Below, one piece after another: positions 1-7,810 of a stretch of 58,639 nucleotides of DNA. The translations under genes were made by a program, and so were the position numbers. Source of the stretch: Opitutales bacterium (GTDB taxonomy: Bacteria > Verrucomicrobiota > Verrucomicrobiia > Opitutales > JABDGR01); the NCBI GenBank assembly GCA_035546135.1, contig DASZWY010000273.1, forward strand, positions 1 to 58,639, given 5' to 3'. A model generated the notes under the pieces. That model ran no database searches. It was not told the DNA's origin and saw only the letters and a list, made by a program, of their open reading frames with translations. Positions within the stretch are counted from its first letter, which is position 1, and each line of letters begins with the position of its first letter.

Positions 1-63
1 GTGCTCGATTCCGTGGAGGACATGACGGAAATTCTCGAGCGGATTTTGAAACAGCAAAATTGA
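1..63 (+). CDS. 3' end of an upstream CDS (last 20 codons only, product unknown)
   Basis: Frame 1 is open from the window edge (VLDSVEDMTEILERILKQQN) to TGA at 61-63. The stop overlaps the ATG at 63-65 of the next gene (TGATG), which suggests operon coupling. Confidence 0.3.
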   Translation: MLDSVEDMTEILERILKQQN

Positions 64-1172
64 TGAGCGCCGCCCATCCTGGCCTGGCCAACCTGCCCGG
101 CGTGCTCGAGCTTGGGTGCCCGCCCACGGCGCTCGCGCCGATGCAGGATGTGACGACGCTGCCCTTCATGCGCGCGGCCGCCCGCCGCGGCGCACCGGAC
201 TGGTTTTTCACCGAATATTTCCGCGTGCACGAGACCTCGCGGCTGGAACCGCATATTTTGGCGAGCATCACCGAGAACGACACCGGCCGGCCCGTGTTCG
301 CGCAACTCATCGGCGAAAGCCTGCCCGACCTGGCGCGCACCGCGCGGGAACTCTCGAAGCACCCCATCGCGGGCGTGGACCTCAACCTCGGCTGCCCCGC
401 GCCCAAGGTTTACCGCAAGAACGTCGGCGGCGGCCTGCTGCGCGACCCGGCGAAAGTGGACGAGATTCTCGCCGTCCTGCGCGCGGAGTGTCCCGGGCGC
501 TTCACGGTGAAAATGCGCATCGGCTTTGAGACGACGGAAAATTTTGACCGACTGCTCGACAGCGTGAACCGGCACCACGTGGACCTGCTCAGCGTCCATG
601 GCCGCACCGTGAAGGAGATGTACCGCGCCGAGGTGCACTACGACTGGATCGGCCACGCGGTGCGGCGCGCGCGCTGCCCTGTGCTGGCCAACGGCAACGT
701 GACCTCCGCGGCGAAAGCGCGCTGGGTGCTGGCGGAAACGGGCGCGGCGGGCCTGATGATTGGCCGCTCCGCGATTCGCAATCCGTGGATTTTTCGCCAG
801 ATCCGCGACCACTTCGCCGGGCGGCCGGTGTTCCAACCCAAGTTGCGCGATGCGCGCGAATACATCGACGACCTGCGCCTCTCGATGTCGGCGCCGGAGA
901 TTCCCGACAAGGTGCAGGGCAGCCGCATGAAAAAATTCCTGAACTTCGTCGGCCAATCCGTGGATGCGGAAGGGAAATTCCTTTATGACATGCGCCGGGC
1001 CGAAGGCTGCGAGGCGCTCATGCGCGTGTGCGACAATTACCTCATGGAAAACGGCCATGCGGATGAACCCTTCCCCGAGGAGTCCCACCCCGGCCTCGTT
1101 GCCCGGCCCAACCGCGAAGAGGCCGTGGACACCGAACCGCAGGCGTGTTCGCTGTTTCCCGAGACCAATTAG
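60..1172 (+). CDS. tRNA-dihydrouridine synthase (Dus family)
   Basis: 370-aa ORF with the Dus signature block GVDLNLGCPAPKVYRKNVGGGLLRDP and the downstream LSVHGRT / ANGNV / MIGR elements of the TIM-barrel flavoenzyme. The start may be TTG at 60 or ATG at 63. Confidence 0.9.
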   Translation: MMSAAHPGLANLPGVLELGCPPTALAPMQDVTTLPFMRAAARRGAPDWFFTEYFRVHETSRLEPHILASITENDTGRPVFAQLIGESLPDLARTARELSKHPIAGVDLNLGCPAPKVYRKNVGGGLLRDPAKVDEILAVLRAECPGRFTVKMRIGFETTENFDRLLDSVNRHHVDLLSVHGRTVKEMYRAEVHYDWIGHAVRRARCPVLANGNVTSAAKARWVLAETGAAGLMIGRSAIRNPWIFRQIRDHFAGRPVFQPKLRDAREYIDDLRLSMSAPEIPDKVQGSRMKKFLNFVGQSVDAEGKFLYDMRRAEGCEALMRVCDNYLMENGHADEPFPEESHPGLVARPNREEAVDTEPQACSLFPETN

Positions 1173-1435
1173 CGCGGGAACCGCTCGTCAAAGCCTTGAT
1201 GGGTTCCAATCCAGAACCACAGCCAATCGTTGCCATAACGCCGGGCCACGGCGCGATAATCCCGCGTAATCCGCACCGACCAGGCACGGGCATCGCACTT
1301 CAGCCGCTCCAAGTGCAAGCCAGGATGGGCGGGGTTGAGCGCAAACCTGCCATAAGCCGTGCGAGCAGCCGCCCGAACTTCGCGAGGCAGTCCGCGATAC
1401 AAGCGCCAAAATTCGTTCGTGCCGCGCGAGGTCAC
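1169..1435 (-). CDS. type II toxin, RelE/ParE superfamily (HigB-like C-terminus)
   Basis: 88 aa. Pattern LPREV...NPAHPGLHLERLK...WSVRITRDYRAV...WFWIGTHQGFDERF matches the small RelE/ParE/HigB-type toxin layout. There is a 4-nt ATGA overlap with the upstream small ORF. Confidence 0.7.
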   Translation of the reverse strand: MTSRGTNEFWRLYRGLPREVRAAARTAYGRFALNPAHPGLHLERLKCDARAWSVRITRDYRAVARRYGNDWLWFWIGTHQGFDERFPR

Positions 1436-1680
1436 TTGCGCTCAGAAAGAGAATCTTCGTTCAAAGCGGGAAATTTCCCGGGGTTCGATTTATAGGCGGC
1501 ATCTAAATCATCCAATAAAAAACTCACCCCGGCGCGCGGCGCGGCGTCGTTCAGAATCGTCTCCCATCCGCGGGCGGGAAAAGCATCCGGGCAAATGCCC
1601 GGAATATCCCGCACCAACTGCCGCTGGAATTTCTTAGGCAACTTGGCGATGGCCTGTTCAATCTCCAGAAGGGATTTCAC
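1432..1680 (-). CDS. putative cognate antitoxin (family not recognised)
   Basis: 82-aa ORF immediately upstream of the toxin on the same strand. Its stop overlaps the toxin start (1432-1435). This is the classic antitoxin-then-toxin arrangement. I recognise no sequence family. Confidence 0.55.
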   Translation of the reverse strand: MKSLLEIEQAIAKLPKKFQRQLVRDIPGICPDAFPARGWETILNDAAPRAGVSFLLDDLDAAYKSNPGKFPALNEDSLSERK

Positions 1681-1727
1681 AAAAACAGTTTAACTGAATT
1701 TTTCCGCGTGTCAACGCGTGCGACACC

Positions 1728-2774
1728 TTACTGCGCCTTCTTCAATCCCTCGATGATTTCCGGCGGCGCGTGGAAGATGGTGCCGTGGCGGATGCCGGCG
1801 GGGAGCGTGAACTGGCCGGTTTCGTCCTTCCAGTCCTTCAAGTCGGTCGAGACGATGAGGCCGTAGCGGCGGTTGCGGTATTCGTCGAAGTAGACAAGCC
1901 ATTGATTGCCGACTTTGATCGGGGTCGGGCCTTCGGACCAGATGCCCACGCCGCGAGCGTCCTTGGGGCTGATGGGTGCGGTGGTCACGTCGCCATAGGG
2001 CCCCTCGGCACGCTCGGCAAACGCGAGCTTGAGGTTTTTCTGCGGGGTAAAGGGCGCGTTGGACTCGTCCTTGAAGACCATCACGAATTTTTTGCCGGCC
2101 TGGAAAATCGCGGCGTCAATGCAGTTGAAGCCGGGATTGAAGAGCAGTTTTGTCGGGCTGAAGGTTTTGAAATCCTTGGTGGTGACGTAATAGACGCGGT
2201 GGTTGTAGCCCACTTTGTCACTGCCGCTTTTGTCCTGGCCATCGGTTTCCGGGAATTTTCCCGGCACGGTGGACGACCAGAGGATCAGCCATTGCGCGTT
2301 GGCCTCGTCGTAAAAAAGCTCCGGCGCCCAGCAATTGCGCGTGGCGTCGTCCTTTTCCATCAGGGGGATGAATTTTTCCTCGGACCAGTGCACGAGATCC
2401 TTCGACTCGGCATAACCGATGCCGTGGTCGTTCCAACTGCACGTCCACACGCAGTGAAACACGCCGTCGGGCCCGCGCTGGATGGACGGGTCGCGCAGGA
2501 GCTTTTCCTTGCCGACCTGCGGCGTCAGAAAAGTTTGGTCGCCCTTGAGCGCCGTCCAATGGAACCCATCGTCGCTAGAGGCCAAGTGCAAACCGTCGCC
2601 GTTGCCCTTGAAGTAGGCAAAGAGCAGGGATTCGGATTTTGCCGGCGGCGCGGCTTCGGGCGCGACCACTGTCCCGGCTGTCGCCGCAACCGGCGCGGGC
2701 GCATTCGCTGCAAATGCGGCAAGGCCCAGCGATATGCCGGCCAAAATGGGCAGGATGCATCGGCGCCAGGACAT
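1728..2774 (-). CDS. secreted five-bladed beta-propeller glycoside hydrolase, GH43-like
   Basis: 348 aa with an N-terminal signal peptide (ILPILAGISLGLAAFAANA). Blocks LLRDPSIQRGPDGVFHCVWT and CWAPELFYDEANAQWLILWSS resemble GH43-type propeller motifs. Confidence 0.6.
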   Translation of the reverse strand: MSWRRCILPILAGISLGLAAFAANAPAPVAATAGTVVAPEAAPPAKSESLLFAYFKGNGDGLHLASSDDGFHWTALKGDQTFLTPQVGKEKLLRDPSIQRGPDGVFHCVWTCSWNDHGIGYAESKDLVHWSEEKFIPLMEKDDATRNCWAPELFYDEANAQWLILWSSTVPGKFPETDGQDKSGSDKVGYNHRVYYVTTKDFKTFSPTKLLFNPGFNCIDAAIFQAGKKFVMVFKDESNAPFTPQKNLKLAFAERAEGPYGDVTTAPISPKDARGVGIWSEGPTPIKVGNQWLVYFDEYRNRRYGLIVSTDLKDWKDETGQFTLPAGIRHGTIFHAPPEIIEGLKKAQ

Positions 2775-2819
2775 GACGCGAGGTAAGTTCGAGCAGCGCG
2801 AACCGGCAAAACGCCGGGG

Positions 2820-3446
2820 TTACTTGGCGGTCGTGGCCGTCGGCGCCTTGGCTGCCGGAACCGGCGCGCCGGGCGAAGCCAGCGAGAGCGCGGGCGGCGG
2901 CGTGGTCACCGCGGTGCCGGTGGCCTGGAGGCTGTTGACGCAGGCCTTGATCTTGTCGCCATACTGCGGCCACATTTCATCGGGCACGCCACCGGTGGCG
3001 ATATAGACCCGGCCATTGCTGAGGACGGCGTGCGCATACCAGTGCATCGCAATGTTGCTGACGACACCGATGTATTCAATTCTCCACTCGTTTTTGACCG
3101 ACGTGTCGTCGCCGTTTTTCACGATGGAGAAACCGCGAGTCGTCAGGCCCAGGCGCTCGCTGGTGACGTAGTCATCCATGCCTTTGTCGCTGGAGACAAT
3201 CATCACGTTGACGCTGGGCGGGAAATACTGGTTGTTGCCGGAAGGCAGCGGCATCGGCGGGAAGCTCATCTGCACCGCGCCGAGGATGGGGCTGTTGGTC
3301 GGCGTCTCAAACGAATTGATGCGAAAGCCGTAGGTGGGGAAAGTGAGTGTGGACGGGGCCGGGGCGGCGGGGGTGGCGGCCGGAGTGGCGGCGTAAACGG
3401 CGGTGAGAGCGGCGAGGCCGGCGACGTAGAGGATTTTCTTGCGCAT
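2820..3446 (-). CDS. secreted hypothetical protein
   Basis: The ORF track gives 2820..3488. The internal Met (MRKKILYVAGLAALTAVYAATPA) gives a typical signal peptide, so the start is placed at 3446. No family recognised. Confidence 0.6.
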   Translation of the reverse strand: MRKKILYVAGLAALTAVYAATPAATPAAPAPSTLTFPTYGFRINSFETPTNSPILGAVQMSFPPMPLPSGNNQYFPPSVNVMIVSSDKGMDDYVTSERLGLTTRGFSIVKNGDDTSVKNEWRIEYIGVVSNIAMHWYAHAVLSNGRVYIATGGVPDEMWPQYGDKIKACVNSLQATGTAVTTPPPALSLASPGAPVPAAKAPTATTAK

Positions 3447-3556
3447 GGGGGGAATGGGTTGAAGCGAGGGGTGAACGTTGCGAGACAAGGGGTTAGTCTG
3501 CGCGGGTTCCCCCGGGCAGGCAAGCCCTTTTCCTCGAAAAATCGGCGCGGCGGACC

Positions 3557-5413
3557 TTATTTCTTCGTATCAATCCAGCGCTCAATCTTGTTGAGGGTCC
3601 ATTCCTCAACCGAGCCTTCGATTTCAGTGCGGACGACGTCGCCGACTTTTTTACCCAGGAGGTTTTGGCCCAGCGGAGTCTTGTAGGAAAGCACGCCTTT
3701 TTCCGGGTTGCTGTCCCACGCGCCCAGCAGCGCGTAGCGATGGGTGTGATTCGATTTCCGGTTCAACAACTCGACCACGGAGCCGACGCCGACCACGTGC
3801 GTCTGCACATCGCCGAAATCGGTGATGCGGGCGCGGGCCATCTCGGTTTCGAGGAGCGATTTGCGCGCGAGCAGGGTGTCCTGTTCCTGGCGGGCCATCT
3901 TGTATTCGGCGTTTTCGCGCAAGTCGCCCAGTTCGCGGGCGGTCTGGATGGCGACCTTGTTCTCGGGGATGAGCACCTGCACCAAGTTGTCGTATTCCTT
4001 CTTGCGGTGCTCGAGGGATTCCTGCGAAACGAGCAGCGATTCGGCCTGGCGGCTGGTGGAGTCGCCGCCGACGAGGGTTTGGATTTTCGGGAAGAGGCGG
4101 ATGAAGCGCGCGATGAGGGACTTCTTGGTCAGGTCCTCGAAGCCCTGATTGAGTAACAGGGTTTGGGCGAGGTCGCGGGCGGTTTCGTCGTTGGCGTCGG
4201 CCAGCAAGTCGGCGATGAGGTCGGGGTCGTCGCTGAGGGCGTCGGCGAGCACGATGCGGCGGTTGCCGGTGTTCTGGAGCGCTTCGCTGTCAATCGCGTA
4301 GAAGATGGCGGCGAGCAAACGCGGCGAGGCCAGGCCGTCGACGAGCTTGGCAAACTTGCGCGAATGGCGGTTGCGGATGATCCACAGCAACACGGAGGTC
4401 TTCAGCGTCTGCTCGTTGAGCCAGCGCTTGAAGCAATCGGCCACCTGGTCGGCGCAACCCTTGTCCACGAGGAAGGAGATGCACTCGGCGGTGAATTTGC
4501 CCGAGCTGTTGCGCAGCAGGTTGACGACGACCTCCTGCCAACTGTCCGGATAAACGCGCGTGATGACGTCGAGGAAGCGATGCTGGAAATTGGACGGCAG
4601 TTGCTCGGCGAGCTGGGAGAGGTCGGGGCAGCCGAGGATGATGGAGGCGGAGGTGGGCTCCAGCTTGTCCACCTCGGCGTGCAGGTGGCGGGCGAGGTCG
4701 TTGCGGACCCAGACGCCGTGGAGGCGGTCGGCGGTGGTGAGCTGGCGCGCGTCGCGGATGGTCGCGGTCAGGTCGTCAAAAATGCGCGGCAGGTCTTTTT
4801 CGATTTCCTCGACGCTGCTGGAGATTTGGTAAAGCTTTTCCGCGAGGAGAATTTTTTTCTTGGGCTGCTTGGTGACGTAAAATTCCTCGAGGACTTCCTG
4901 CTCGGGCTTGAGCGGTTCGTCGCGCAGGACGAACGGCTCGGTCTTGCGGGAGGGGACGGCGATGCGCGAGTCCTTCGCGAGGTGCTTCTTCGCGCCGGAC
5001 CACCACTTTTTGAAGCGTTCGCCGAGCATGCGGGCGAGCAGGTTTTCCAGCTCGATGCTGCTCATCGAGCGGTCGGGCGCGTGGTGGAGAATTTCGACCA
5101 CGAGGTCGGCCGGGCGTTTCTTGACCATTTCCTCGATGGCGGCGGGGTCCACGCGCTGGCGCACGAGGATGTTCGTCTCCGGCAGCAGTTCCAGGCGCTC
5201 GACGCAGAACGACGGGTCCATCGGGTGCGAGGTCTTGTCGCCGTCAAAATCAATGATGAGTTTGCCGGAAGCGGCGTCGTATTCGCGGATGCGGCCAAAG
5301 CCCCAGGACCGGTGCAGGCAGTAGGCGCCGGGCTGCATGGCTTCGAGCTTGGCACGCGACTTGGCCAGCTTCGGGTTCTTTTCGATGATGAGATCTATCG
5401 CCTCTTTTTTCAT
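3557..5413 (-). CDS. GreA/GreB-family transcription elongation factor with a long N-terminal extension
   Basis: 618 aa. The C-terminal ~160 aa carry GreA hallmarks (ARELGDLRENAEYKMARQEQDTLLARKSLLETEMARARI ... LSYKTPLGQNLLGKKVGDVV). The N-terminus has a CarD/TRCF-RID-like HRSWGFGRI block. Confidence 0.8.
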   Translation of the reverse strand: MKKEAIDLIIEKNPKLAKSRAKLEAMQPGAYCLHRSWGFGRIREYDAASGKLIIDFDGDKTSHPMDPSFCVERLELLPETNILVRQRVDPAAIEEMVKKRPADLVVEILHHAPDRSMSSIELENLLARMLGERFKKWWSGAKKHLAKDSRIAVPSRKTEPFVLRDEPLKPEQEVLEEFYVTKQPKKKILLAEKLYQISSSVEEIEKDLPRIFDDLTATIRDARQLTTADRLHGVWVRNDLARHLHAEVDKLEPTSASIILGCPDLSQLAEQLPSNFQHRFLDVITRVYPDSWQEVVVNLLRNSSGKFTAECISFLVDKGCADQVADCFKRWLNEQTLKTSVLLWIIRNRHSRKFAKLVDGLASPRLLAAIFYAIDSEALQNTGNRRIVLADALSDDPDLIADLLADANDETARDLAQTLLLNQGFEDLTKKSLIARFIRLFPKIQTLVGGDSTSRQAESLLVSQESLEHRKKEYDNLVQVLIPENKVAIQTARELGDLRENAEYKMARQEQDTLLARKSLLETEMARARITDFGDVQTHVVGVGSVVELLNRKSNHTHRYALLGAWDSNPEKGVLSYKTPLGQNLLGKKVGDVVRTEIEGSVEEWTLNKIERWIDTKK

Positions 5414-5791
5414 GTAAGTGAGAAAGTGCTTCGGGCGGGCCCGGGGATGGGCGGGTTGAGTGGGAAGAAAAATTTAACGCGCCAGGCATGAGCCCTTGGT
5501 GAAAGGGCGCCCGTCTGGCGTGTGAATAGTGAAGGAGGAAGTGAGTGGCAAACGGCCCGGTGATTAGACAACCACTGGTAGCTGCGCCCGCCGAGTCTCA
5601 ATGTTGACAAATCTGTGCCAGTGTCAAACCTGAAATGGGCTTGGGGAAAGGCATGCAGGTGGTTACCCTAGTTGAGTTTCTCTTTATCAACAGGTTGTAA
5701 AAAACCGGCGCATCAATTGCCAAATCCACGGTCTGAAGGTAGGGTTTCGGCATAGAAACCTGTCCACTCAACCCTCAAACCTCCTCTTGCC

Positions 5792-6052
5792 ATGACTCAT
5801 CATCGCACCTCTCCCAGCCGTCATTCCACCCACGCCGCCGTGGCCAATGGCGCGCATACCGTGGTTGAAAACGCCCATGAAGCCCTCGAGGCCCTGAAGG
5901 AAAAAACCGCGCACGCGCGCGAGCGGGTCAAAGATGGGCTGCACACCACTGAATCCGCCATCAAGGACCATCCGTGGATGGCGGTGGGCGTCGCGACCGC
6001 GGCCGGCGTGGGCCTCGGTCTGCTCCTTGGTTTGTTCGCCCGCCGCGATTAA
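5792..6052 (+). CDS. DUF883 (ElaB/YqjD-type) membrane-anchored stress protein
   Basis: 86 aa. Helical N-part, then the conserved KDHPWMAVGVATAAGVGLGLLLG C-terminal TM anchor typical of ElaB/YqjD/YgaM. Confidence 0.8.
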   Translation: MTHHRTSPSRHSTHAAVANGAHTVVENAHEALEALKEKTAHARERVKDGLHTTESAIKDHPWMAVGVATAAGVGLGLLLGLFARRD

Positions 6053-6123
6053 CGCCCCATCCAGCGGCGGCGCTGGGTAAAAATCATTGCGCGCGGGAAT
6101 GACTCCCGTCGCGCCCCCATCCC

Positions 6124-6543
6124 ATGAAATTACAACTGCGATTTCGGGCGCTGGGCGCCTCGCTGGTGGATGTGTTCACCAGCCGGGTGGATTTGGCCGC
6201 CGCGGAATTGGAGGACTTGTTTTTACGCGCCGGGCATATGCTCGTCCTGGTGGTCGCCAGTTCGCTCGCCGCGGCGTTTGCATTGATGTTTCTCGGACTC
6301 GCGGCCGTGGTGGCCGTGCCCGAGCCCTACCGATGGATTCCGGCTTTGGGCTGCGGTTGGTTTTTTGGCGCATTCGCCCTGACCTGCGCCTGGACCCTCC
6401 GGCGGCATCTGCGCGACATGCCGGCGCCTTTTGCGGGCACGCGCGATGTCCTGCATCGCGACGCCGGAGCCTTGCGCCCGACCTTGGAAAACGCCGCGCA
6501 CACGGCGACGAGCACCGCCGGAGTTGAACCTCCGCCATCATGA
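6124..6543 (+). CDS. YqjE-like (phage-holin-3_6 family) membrane protein
   Basis: 139 aa. N-terminal LVDVFTSRVDLAAAELEDL helix followed by two TM segments. Sits directly after the DUF883 gene, as in yqjD-yqjE-yqjK clusters. Confidence 0.6.
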   Translation: MKLQLRFRALGASLVDVFTSRVDLAAAELEDLFLRAGHMLVLVVASSLAAAFALMFLGLAAVVAVPEPYRWIPALGCGWFFGAFALTCAWTLRRHLRDMPAPFAGTRDVLHRDAGALRPTLENAAHTATSTAGVEPPPS

Positions 6544-6878
6544 GCGATCACCTTCTGGCCTCCGCAATCGTCCGCGCCCGCCGCATCCATGAATTGGAGC
6601 GGACGGCCGATGACCAGCGCGAGCAACTGCGGAGCAATACGGCCAGCGTGGCCACCGGCATCCGCGAGTCCGAGCCCGTCCGGCAAATTTTCCGCGGGAT
6701 TGCAGAAGGCCGCATCCTGGCCGCGCGTTTTTCCGGAAGCCGGGGGGTGTGGCAGGGATTCTTCGGCGGGCGTCCGGCATCCGGGGATAACGCCCGGCAC
6801 TTTCCGTGGGCCGCCGCGCTGGCCGCCGCCGGCGGGGCCTGGCGGATAATCCGCTGGTGGAAGCAACGCCGCCAGTGA
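6540..6878 (+). CDS. YqjK-like small protein
   Basis: 112 aa. Start overlaps the previous stop (ATGA at 6540-6543). Coiled N-part and a C-terminal hydrophobic/basic tail (AAALAAAGGAWRIIRWWKQRRQ). The call rests on position and architecture only. Confidence 0.45.
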   Translation: MSDHLLASAIVRARRIHELERTADDQREQLRSNTASVATGIRESEPVRQIFRGIAEGRILAARFSGSRGVWQGFFGGRPASGDNARHFPWAAALAAAGGAWRIIRWWKQRRQ

Positions 6879-6947
6879 ACGGCCGCGCGGGCAAAGCCAA
6901 AAAAGTTTTGGAGTTGCCCTGGGCGGCAAATTCCCCAAACTGGTCTT

Positions 6948-7020
6948 CCGGCAATGGATTCTGCCGGCCCCGCCTGCGGGGCAAACCGTCCCGCTCACGG
7001 CGGGTCTGATGACTCCTACC
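6948..7020 (+). promoter_or_regulatory. fluoride riboswitch (crcB RNA motif)
   Basis: CCGGCAAUGGAUUCUGCCGG ... AAACCGUCCCGCUCACGGCGGGUCUGAUGACUCCUACC matches the crcB-motif core (GGCGAUGGnnuUCnnCC / AAACCGCC-hairpin / CUGAUGAUGCCUAC). It lies 20 nt upstream of crcB. There is an extra CCCCG-CCUG-CGGGG hairpin between P1 and the AAAC linker. Confidence 0.75.
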
Positions 7021-7040
7021 ACCCATAACCGGGGGTCATC

Positions 7041-7442
7041 ATGCTTATCTACCTATATGTCGCGTTTGGCGGCGCCTTGGGCACCGCGATGAGATTTGCG
7101 CTTTCCGGTTGCGTGGCCCGGCATTTCGACGAGACATTTCCGTGGGGCACGCTGGTGATCAATGTTCTCGGCTCGTTTGTTATTGGATTCTTTTCCACCC
7201 TGACCGAGCCTGAAGACGGCTGGCTGCTGGTCGGTCCGACTGGCCGGCAGTTTTTTATGACCGGGGTGCTGGGCGGCTTTACGACCTTCTCCTCCTTCAG
7301 CCTCCAGACCCTGGCCTTGGCCCGCGACGGTGATTGGGCGAAAGCGGGCGGCAATATCATCGGCTCGATGGCCCTTTGCCTGGTGGGGGTCTGGCTGGGG
7401 CACATTCTGGCTGCGGCCATCAATTTCAAGAAAGGACATTGA
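7041..7442 (+). CDS. crcB: fluoride ion channel FluC/CrcB
   Basis: 133 aa with four TM segments. Motifs GGALGTAMRF, FPWGTLVINVLGSFVIGF and LGGFTTFSSFSLQT are CrcB hallmarks. Confidence 0.92.
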   Translation: MLIYLYVAFGGALGTAMRFALSGCVARHFDETFPWGTLVINVLGSFVIGFFSTLTEPEDGWLLVGPTGRQFFMTGVLGGFTTFSSFSLQTLALARDGDWAKAGGNIIGSMALCLVGVWLGHILAAAINFKKGH

Positions 7443-7444
7443 CC

Positions 7445-7810
7445 ATGCAACTTCCGGAAAAATGCCAGCTCCTGCGGGTGTTCATCGGCGAGTCGGACCG
7501 CCATCAAGGGCGCCCGCTCTACGAAGCCATTGTGCTCAAGGCCCGCGAGACGGGCCTCGCCGGCGCCACCGTGCTGCGCAGTCCGCTGGGCTACGGCGCG
7601 ACCAGCCACCTGCACACCGCCAAAATTCTCCGCCTATCCGGAGATTTGCCGGTGGTTGTCGAGCTGGTCGACACCACGGAAAAAATCGCCGCGTTTCTGC
7701 CCGTGCTGGACCTCATGATGCAGGGCGGTCTTGTCACGTTGGAGGACGTGCGCGTCATCCACTACCGCCACGGCAATCCCGACTGCGGCCATCCGGCCAC
7801 TCCCGCATGA
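7445..7810 (+). CDS. DUF190 domain protein (fluoride-operon associated)
   Basis: The track ORF 7334..7810 overlaps crcB. The Met at 7445 (MQLPEKCQLLRVFIGESDRHQGRPLYEAIV...GATVLRSPLGYG...LPVVVELVD) starts 2 nt after the crcB stop and covers the whole DUF190 pattern. Confidence 0.8.
   Translation: MQLPEKCQLLRVFIGESDRHQGRPLYEAIVLKARETGLAGATVLRSPLGYGATSHLHTAKILRLSGDLPVVVELVDTTEKIAAFLPVLDLMMQGGLVTLEDVRVIHYRHGNPDCGHPATPA

Noticed and set aside
5604-5627. Inverted repeat TTGACA-N12-TGTCAA upstream of the DUF883 gene, as a possible promoter or operator
   Set aside because: The arms are only 6 bp. There is no convincing -10 element at the right spacing. The repeat is too short to separate from chance.
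7330-7806. N-terminal 159-codon extension of the CLC ORF, and the 7334 start of the DUF190 ORF
   Set aside because: The extensions overlap crcB and the DUF190 gene and translate to Arg/Pro/Ala-rich sequence. Internal ATGs at 7807 and 7445 give compact ATGA or 2-nt junctions and complete domains.
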